Positions 18,711 to 24,000 of a stretch of DNA of 24,000 nt are shown one piece after another. Location of the stretch: the NCBI GenBank assembly GCA_048881705.1, contig JBHLSH010000050.1, forward strand, positions 4,915-28,914, read 5' to 3'. The DNA is from Candidatus Heimdallarchaeota archaeon (GTDB taxonomy: Archaea; Asgardarchaeota; Heimdallarchaeia; Hodarchaeales; Hodarchaeaceae). The position numbers and the translations under genes are program-made. The first letter of the stretch is position 1. Each line of letters opens with the position of its first letter. The notes below the pieces were generated by a model. The model worked only from the letters and a program-made list of their open reading frames with translations. It made no database searches and was not told the origin of the DNA.

Positions 18711-18719
18711 TTTAAAAAA
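18711..18719 (-). promoter_or_regulatory. TATA-box-like element (minus strand ttttttaaa, preceded by purine-rich aaaga) centred 28 nt upstream of the ATG at 18687
   Basis: Lies in the 62-nt gap after the plsY stop. The spacing fits a leaderless archaeal promoter for the hydrolase gene. Confidence 0.35.
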
Positions 18720-18749
18720 TCTTTAGATAATTCACCTATCTGATTTTGA

Positions 18750-19412
18750 CTATTGATCCCATACTTCTTTTGGTTCCTTAGGTACAATATTCCAGAGAAT
18801 ACTAGAGATTTTTTCCCTTTCAAAGAAAAGAATTGTACCGATAACTAAAAGCACCAAAACGAAATAAGTAATGTTCCCCGTAAACCAAAGAATGACAAAC
18901 GGAGAAAATAAAGCTACAATCGCATTTGTCGAAAAATTTTCGTACCAGTTTCCGTTTAATAAGTACCTTTTCAGTATTTTCAGCGTGAGCATTAGAACAA
19001 TAAACAAGATTACAAAGCTCTCCAGCGACAGGAACAAAAGAATTCCCCCGAGCGAGGAGCCTCCCTTTCCACCATGCCAATCGTGCTTTTCTAACCAGAT
19101 CCAAAAGGAGTTGACGTGACCGAAAACAATTCCTAAACTGCCAACAATAAGGATTCCATCATAAAATGGGGACCCGAAAAGATCGTGAAATGCAAAACTT
19201 AGGATTGCTAGAGCAATTGTGGCTTTTAATATATCAGACATTCCAACGATTACCATTGCAGGCCACCCAAAAGTCCGGCCCGCATTTGATGCACCTAATT
19301 GCCCTGTGCCCTCTTGTGTCAGATCAATTCCATTCAGTCTTCCCCAATAATATGATATGAATATCGACCCTGTTAAGTAGCCGAAAGTCCCAGCGATTAA
19401 GATTTCAAACAT
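18750..19412 (-). CDS. plsY: PlsY-family acyl-phosphate:glycerol-3-phosphate acyltransferase (divergent)
   Basis: Three PlsY motifs are recognisable: GSIFISYYWGRLNGIDLTQEGTGQLGASNAGRTFG, DILKATIA and GHVNSF...HGGKGGSSLGG. The preferred start is the ATG at 19412 (MFEILIAG), which overlaps the degV stop by 8 nt (ATGTTTGA). The ORF track extends to 19463. Confidence 0.75.
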   Translation of the reverse strand: MFEILIAGTFGYLTGSIFISYYWGRLNGIDLTQEGTGQLGASNAGRTFGWPAMVIVGMSDILKATIALAILSFAFHDLFGSPFYDGILIVGSLGIVFGHVNSFWIWLEKHDWHGGKGGSSLGGILLFLSLESFVILFIVLMLTLKILKRYLLNGNWYENFSTNAIVALFSPFVILWFTGNITYFVLVLLVIGTILFFEREKISSILWNIVPKEPKEVWDQ

Positions 19413-20304
19413 TAACCTTAATTCCTTTTCTGGGTTTGATTCCCGTTTCAGCGAAATAGGCAACCAATATTAAACCAGGTCCAGTATTGGCCGCCACTGT
19501 TGGATCTGCGTAACCTCTAATAATCGTATAATCTGGCAATTTCTCCATAAGTTTCTCTTCAACTTCAATCAATTCCTTCTCACATCTGAAATGACTAATT
19601 CCCACAATTCGTGGAATCATTTCTCTATCCATATTTTCCGATAGGGAATTAATTACAAGATCCAATGCCGTTTTTCTGTTTCGAGGTCTCTCCACCAGAA
19701 ATACGTCCGAATCTCGCATTAAAAGAACAGGCTTAACTGATAGAGTACTTGCTATCCAACCTGCGACTCTCAGTTTCAATCTGCCACTTCTTTGAAGATA
19801 TTTAAAAGATTCAAGGGTTCCAACTATCTGAATCTTCTTACAGTACTCCCGAACCTGACGAATGATCTCCTGTCTGTCCTCAATTTGACGTGTCTCGATA
19901 GCAGCTGCCGCTATTGCCGTAATACCCAGACCAATTGTTGCAACTCCGCATTCGAAGTGTACAATCCTGGAAGAGTCATCCAAACGCCTGGCAGCCGCTT
20001 TAGCAGCGTTTAACATCCCGGAATGTTTTGTAGGGCAGTGCAAACTTAAAATCATGTCGACATTGTCATATAGGCGTTCGTAAGCCCTATAATAAGCGGC
20101 GGGAGGGGGCGCTCCAGTACGGATGTTTTTCCTTTCATCTTCTAGAAGTTTTTGAAGATCCTCAGCTTGAATATCCACGCCGCTTTGGTACGGAGTTCCA
20201 TCAATGTATACGATGCCTGGTACAAGCACTATTCCATGCTTTTCGGAGACTTTAGGAGGCAAATCAGACATACTATCGCATACAACGCCAATCTTCGTAC
20301 TCAA
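19405..20304 (-). CDS. DegV-family fatty-acid-binding protein (FakB-like)
   Basis: 299-aa ORF. The N-terminus KIGVVCDSMSDLP, the central SGM...AAKAAA, the LESFKYLQRSGRL block and the C-terminal NTGPGLILVAYF all fit the DegV pattern. The TTG start overlaps the upstream stop (TTGA). Confidence 0.85.
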   Translation of the reverse strand: MSTKIGVVCDSMSDLPPKVSEKHGIVLVPGIVYIDGTPYQSGVDIQAEDLQKLLEDERKNIRTGAPPPAAYYRAYERLYDNVDMILSLHCPTKHSGMLNAAKAAARRLDDSSRIVHFECGVATIGLGITAIAAAAIETRQIEDRQEIIRQVREYCKKIQIVGTLESFKYLQRSGRLKLRVAGWIASTLSVKPVLLMRDSDVFLVERPRNRKTALDLVINSLSENMDREMIPRIVGISHFRCEKELIEVEEKLMEKLPDYTIIRGYADPTVAANTGPGLILVAYFAETGIKPRKGIKVNV

Positions 20305-21326
20305 TCCCCCGTTTCTTTGGATCTGATGCGCTTTGATAGCAGGTAATTCTGTTCATTTAGGGATTTAATGGAATCGACTTCAACTTGGCTCACATAGTCT
20401 CTCACATTGGAAATGACGAGATCGGGATCTTTACAATGGATATGTACTTTGATCTTGGAGATCGATTCTTTAGTCAAGACCAGAACACATGTACATTCCT
20501 TTTTCAGTTTGGCTTTTAGGAATTCTATGGATTTCTTTAAACCAGAGATTCTAAAGATTACTTCGAATTCTTCTTCGGTCATTGAGAAATCAATTCTTGG
20601 TTTTAAAAAGGGAGCAAGATCGTCGTCGATTACATGTAATGGCAGAACGTCCGATGGAAATCTATCCACCATTCCCTCAATGAATCCCTCAAAAATTATC
20701 ATTAAGCCCATAGCTCCCGCATCTATGACTCCTGCAAGATTTGCCTGGGGCAAGATTCTGTGAGTGTCCAATAAAGCTGCTTTGGCCTCCTCGAGTGCAA
20801 TATACAGTAATTCAAAAGGCGATTTGACCTTATGTTGCCATTCTTTTGCGGTTTCCGCTATTATTCTGGCTATAGTCAGAATAGTTCCTTCCCTGGGATT
20901 TTCAACTGCTTGGTAGGCACATTTTGCCCCTGAAAATAATCCGCTAGAAAGTACCTCTCTACCAATACTGTCGAATTCATTCCATTCTTGTTCCAAACCC
21001 CGGAAATATTCCGCTAAAATTATACCAGAGTTTCCTATGCTTCCGAAAAATGCTCCTTTTGATGCTGCGCTGATGACCTTGCCAAAATTATTGTGAATCT
21101 CTAAATTATTCAGTTCCTTGATAATAGATTTAAAAGTTTGATGCATATTAAATCCTGTATCCCCATCAGGTACAGGAAACACGTTAACATCATTAAGGAT
21201 ATCAATAAATTTCTCTAGCTTTTGTGATGCCAATTTCAACATGCAATACAAATCTTCGCCAGAGATTACGTCTGGTAATAGGTTTTGAGCGAATTCTTGA
21301 AGAACCATCTCAAGAACCGACTCCAA
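20301..21326 (-). CDS. DAK2-domain protein, FakA-like fatty-acid kinase ATP-binding subunit lacking the usual C-terminal domain
   Basis: 341-aa ORF with a TTG at 21326 and an ATG alternative at 21308. Dak2 motifs: NVFPVPDGDTGFNM, GNSGIILAEYF, EGTILT and VIDAGAMGL. It is followed by a YloV/FakA middle-domain-like KVHIHCKDPDLV...SLNEQ. Confidence 0.8.
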   Translation of the reverse strand: MESVLEMVLQEFAQNLLPDVISGEDLYCMLKLASQKLEKFIDILNDVNVFPVPDGDTGFNMHQTFKSIIKELNNLEIHNNFGKVISAASKGAFFGSIGNSGIILAEYFRGLEQEWNEFDSIGREVLSSGLFSGAKCAYQAVENPREGTILTIARIIAETAKEWQHKVKSPFELLYIALEEAKAALLDTHRILPQANLAGVIDAGAMGLMIIFEGFIEGMVDRFPSDVLPLHVIDDDLAPFLKPRIDFSMTEEEFEVIFRISGLKKSIEFLKAKLKKECTCVLVLTKESISKIKVHIHCKDPDLVISNVRDYVSQVEVDSIKSLNEQNYLLSKRIRSKETGD

Positions 21327-21743
21327 AATTAAGTTCAGTTTCTTGTCTTATTTGCGTAAATTTTGCAATTTTCTCCTTATAAACTTTCCTACCTATCTCC
21401 AAAGGATTAGATAGACGAGTTTAATAATGCTTCAATTCATAATAGAAGACATGTGTTTTTTTCGGAACTGATTCTGCAATAATTATTTCTATACTGAAAA
21501 GGATTTCAGATTCGTCCTGGCTCAACGATATCCCATCAAAGGTTGAAATCCGCGATACTGGTCATTCTCTATATAATTATTTTATCCAGGTCTACGCTAT
21601 GGTAAAAAAGTCCAGAAAATGCATTTGGTGAAGAATATGTCGATTTTGTATTGAAAGAGGTACCGAGCATCAAAGCTTGTTTTTTCGAATTTCTTAGAAT
21701 TCGACTGATAAGCCAGTGGTAAAACGAAAATTGAATTATGTAA

Positions 21744-21762
21744 CGGTTATTCAGAATAACCG
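21744..21762. promoter_or_regulatory. 19-nt palindrome CGGTTATT-CAG-AATAACCG, 28 nt upstream of the ATG at 21790, flanked by direct repeats AAAACGAAA (21721-21729 and 21764-21772)
   Basis: Perfect 8-bp arms with a 3-nt spacer, read directly from the sequence. It could be an operator or a 5-prime leader hairpin. Confidence 0.25.
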
Positions 21763-21789
21763 AAAAACGAAAGAGAACGTGTTTACTCT

Positions 21790-22170
21790 ATGGAAAACCT
21801 AAAAGAATATTTTCAAATGTTAGCAAACCTATCGCAAGATGAAGCTAAGTCTCAAATTGCTGAAACCGTCAGTAGTATGGGTACAATGTCAGAGAATGAA
21901 CGAATGGCCCAGACGAAGGGATTAATAAAAACGCTCTCCGAAATGCCGGAAGAGGTGCACACCAAAATACTTAAGGCGCGGTTAGAGGCCTTCGCGGACC
22001 TATCTGAAGATATCTTGTCACAGATGCTCGAGGATGGAGCCAAAGCTTTTACTGAACTTCCCAATGCAGTCCTAGAGCGGGAGAAACGTTTAATGAATAA
22101 AGTTCTCCCGGATCTTTCAGATGCCGCGAAACAGCTTGTTCAGAAATCGTTAGAAATGATGGGAGATTAA
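21790..22170 (+). CDS. hypothetical small all-helical acidic protein
   Basis: 126-aa ORF with an ATG start. Rich in E, K, L and A with heptad-like spacing. No family recognised. Confidence 0.5.
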   Translation: MENLKEYFQMLANLSQDEAKSQIAETVSSMGTMSENERMAQTKGLIKTLSEMPEEVHTKILKARLEAFADLSEDILSQMLEDGAKAFTELPNAVLEREKRLMNKVLPDLSDAAKQLVQKSLEMMGD

Positions 22171-22244
22171 CACACTAGAGACTCCTAGATCCGTCCTAGT
22201 GTTATTAATGGAAAAAATAACTCCCCCTCCTCATTACCTTTTAA

Positions 22245-22541
22245 TTATGCTCGAAGGATTCCGATTCCAAACAGTATAACTGCAAGAAGCTGGAGTCCCT
22301 CGTAAATCTCTTTTATCTTTTCGTAAGCCAAGGCAGTTCCTTCAACAAAATAATCAAGCCCTCCGTAAAGACCTGATAGTGCCAGCGCAAAAAACGCCAT
22401 TGCAAAAAAGAGGGGTAGATTCTTCCGATTTTTCAGGTAGGAACGAGTCGAAATTAAACCTAGAATTAGATAAACGAAGAAATACCCTAGTTCGACACTG
22501 TTTTCCAGCAGTTCCCAAATTACAAGTTCGGCCATGATCAT
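22245..22541 (-). CDS. small membrane protein (3 TM), paralog of the upstream gene
   Basis: The preferred start is the ATG at 22541 (MIMAELV). It overlaps the upstream stop as ATGA and is preceded by the SD GGAGGT. It shares the pattern TM-YxKN-TM-loop-E.YE..Q.LA..F..G with the neighbouring gene. Confidence 0.55.
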   Translation of the reverse strand: MIMAELVIWELLENSVELGYFFVYLILGLISTRSYLKNRKNLPLFFAMAFFALALSGLYGGLDYFVEGTALAYEKIKEIYEGLQLLAVILFGIGILRA

Positions 22542-22855
22542 ACCTCCTGAGGTGCTTTCTTCGATTGACCGTAAATTTCTCGATATCCCCATGCAAAGAA
22601 AACCGCAGCTAGGAACTGAAAGCTCTCAATGATAGTTTCATACATTTCGTGCGCTGGGGGAAGAAACGTCTCGAGCGTCGGTAGCATCGTTCTTACAATC
22701 AAGATGACTGCAATTATTATGAAAGAGATAATAAATCTCTTCAATGGCTGGTAATGTGTCTTGTTGTAGATATTCCAAGTCAATAAAACCAGGCCAATAC
22801 ATCCTACACTAGTTATTATTTGAATAATTGGATGAAAACCCCATGATACTGACAT
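22538..22855 (-). CDS. small membrane protein (3 TM), paralog of the downstream gene
   Basis: The preferred start is the ATG at 22855 (MSVSWGF), with the SD AGGTG 7 nt upstream. The ORF track opens at a GTG at 22864. It lies 50 nt downstream of the 364-aa gene. Confidence 0.55.
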   Translation of the reverse strand: MSVSWGFHPIIQIITSVGCIGLVLLTWNIYNKTHYQPLKRFIISFIIIAVILIVRTMLPTLETFLPPAHEMYETIIESFQFLAAVFFAWGYREIYGQSKKAPQEV

Positions 22856-22905
22856 TATTAGCACCTGTCTATATTCGTTTGTTGAACATTAGTTAGTTTA
22901 GTTGA

Positions 22906-24000
22906 TTAGGCAAAAAGATCTCCAAAATCTGGAGCCTGCAATTTTTCAATTTGTGGAATAAATTTTGGCAGATATCGCTTGCTCAGCTCCAAGATCAAAT
23001 GTGTTTCAGTGTCAGAATACTGGTGAAGGTATTCCTTAACCTTACTCTCATCATTTAGGCTGAATATACTGGACAAACTGTTTACTGCCTCTCTAATTTT
23101 ATCCACGATTAGCTCGATGTTATCAAGCATTTGGGTCTCGCTCTTGGATTTTCTAAGCGTCTTTAGCAAAGATTTGAGGAATTTATCCTTGTTTTCACGA
23201 CTAATCGTTCGTTTATCGATATCTATAACAAGGACTCTATTTTCATCATAAAGATGGACTAGCTCTCTCGATATTCCAATAATCCTGGCGTTTTTTGGAT
23301 CCACATATGTCGTACTATATTCGATGTGATTTTTGGGGGGAAACAGAGTGAAAAGTCTTAATCCACGTACGACGTGGGATACGAGCAGTTCCTGTCCCAT
23401 GACAATGATAGTATCATCAGCAAGCGCTGAAAAAATGGCAGCCTCCAAATTCTTACTAAATGATCCGATAAGAAAGTTGATTGAACCATCCTTAAGGTAA
23501 GGATCCCCCTTCGTACCCCTCGAGATATCATACTCGGGTAAACTGGAATATGATGAGCTAATTGATCCGAAACTGGCAATCTCGGATTCTAAATCCTTTG
23601 TAAAAACTATATCATTGGTTGAAGATTTAAACAGCTGTTTAATAATCTCACGGGAAAGCTCCTCAGCCTGCATTTTCAATAAATTTATTTTTCCGTACAA
23701 TTGTTCTTCTTCTGAACTCTCAACCACATAGTTTAACGAAGCTATTCTTCTCTTGCCCGTGATTTCAGGATTTGTTCCTTCAATGGAAAAAATATATACA
23801 TAAGCAATTTTATCTGTTTCTGGAAGAGGAAGGACCGCATCGAGAGCTGAAAATACTTCCCCACCACTTACATCCAGAGTTATACGACTTTTTAACGCAA
23901 TTTTATTGGCCAAGCTATCATTTGCCTTATTAGTCGAAAAGATTGGCATTGGCCCTTGCTGGATATCAAAAACTGAAAGGAAAACCTCTGGGGATGACAT
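22906..24000 (-). CDS. hypothetical protein; candidate longin(uDENN)-like plus core-DENN-like two-domain protein
   Basis: 364-aa ORF whose ATG lies exactly at the window edge, so the true start could be further upstream. The N-terminal 125 aa show a beta-beta-alpha-beta-beta-beta-alpha pattern (VFLSVFDIQQGPMPIF...). Residues about 175-285 resemble the DENND1B core by eye: AIFSALADDTIIVMGQ, LFTLFPP, ARIIGISRELV, VLVIDIDKRTI. Confidence 0.6.
   Translation of the reverse strand: MSSPEVFLSVFDIQQGPMPIFSTNKANDSLANKIALKSRITLDVSGGEVFSALDAVLPLPETDKIAYVYIFSIEGTNPEITGKRRIASLNYVVESSEEEQLYGKINLLKMQAEELSREIIKQLFKSSTNDIVFTKDLESEIASFGSISSSYSSLPEYDISRGTKGDPYLKDGSINFLIGSFSKNLEAAIFSALADDTIIVMGQELLVSHVVRGLRLFTLFPPKNHIEYSTTYVDPKNARIIGISRELVHLYDENRVLVIDIDKRTISRENKDKFLKSLLKTLRKSKSETQMLDNIELIVDKIREAVNSLSSIFSLNDESKVKEYLHQYSDTETHLILELSKRYLPKFIPQIEKLQAPDFGDLFA

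Noticed and set aside
18820-19463. Shadow ORFs within plsY (18820-19104, 18871-19119, 19166-19360) and the N-terminal extension of the plsY ORF (19413-19463)
   Set aside because: The PlsY motifs define the real frame. The 17-codon extension would overlap degV by 59 nt. The ATG at 19412 instead gives the classic 8-nt coupled overlap and an N-terminus that starts at the first TM helix.
22354-22596. Alternative-frame ORF 22354-22596, and the 17-codon N-terminal extension (22542-22592) of the second small membrane protein
   Set aside because: The ATGA overlap with the GGAGGT SD at 22541 gives a better-supported start. The alternative frame encodes an Arg-rich, non-membrane sequence inconsistent with its paralog.
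1-24000. Search for CRISPR arrays, IS/transposase or integrase genes, rRNA/tRNA genes, and known defence-system hallmarks (nucleases, ATPases, methyltransferase-restriction pairs, toxin-antitoxin pairs)
   Set aside because: I saw no regularly spaced direct repeats other than the LRR coding periodicity. I found no transposase, integrase or recombinase motifs and no terminal inverted repeats. No P-loop/helicase/nuclease gene pairs are present. The window does not look like a defence island or a mobile element.

Overview
Gene-dense, AT-rich window. Hand-sampled 60-nt lines range from about 25% to 50% GC. I count about 26 credible protein-coding genes. I found no rRNA, tRNA, CRISPR array, transposase or integrase.

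The host looks archaeal, possibly Asgard- or TACK-like, but this is inference without a database search. The supporting signals are:
- a Sulfolobus/hSSB1-type single-OB-fold SSB with an RG-rich tail;
- a TrmB-family regulator;
- an F420-type LLM oxidoreductase;
- TATA-like boxes centred about 27 nt upstream of several start codons (leaderless-type promoters), alongside GGAGGT-type Shine-Dalgarno (SD) sites inside operons;
- eukaryote-style 23-residue leucine-rich repeats.

Most genes are ordinary metabolism or membrane proteins: IMPase, YaaA-like, PHP phosphoesterase, SDR epimerase, double-hotdog thioesterase, ICMT-like methyltransferase, BBE-type FAD oxidase, two alpha/beta hydrolases and YdjM-like.

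Two loci stand out:
1. At 22245-24000 (minus strand), a 364-aa protein whose sequence pattern resembles a longin (uDENN) domain followed by a core DENN domain. It sits in an apparent operon with two paralogous roughly 100-aa three-TM proteins.
2. At 18750-21326 (minus strand), a translationally coupled bacterial-type fatty-acid kinase module: a FakA-like DAK2 protein lacking the usual C-terminal domain, then DegV/FakB, then a divergent PlsY. An alpha/beta hydrolase follows. This is unexpected in an archaeal-looking genome.

Smaller observations:
- a TPR gene cut by a single in-frame TAA in the middle of a TPR motif;
- an 840-bp ORF-poor gap;
- a perfect 17-nt palindrome in the TrmB divergent promoter;
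- local compositional heterogeneity.

All functional calls come from motif recognition by eye. None has been verified by a search.
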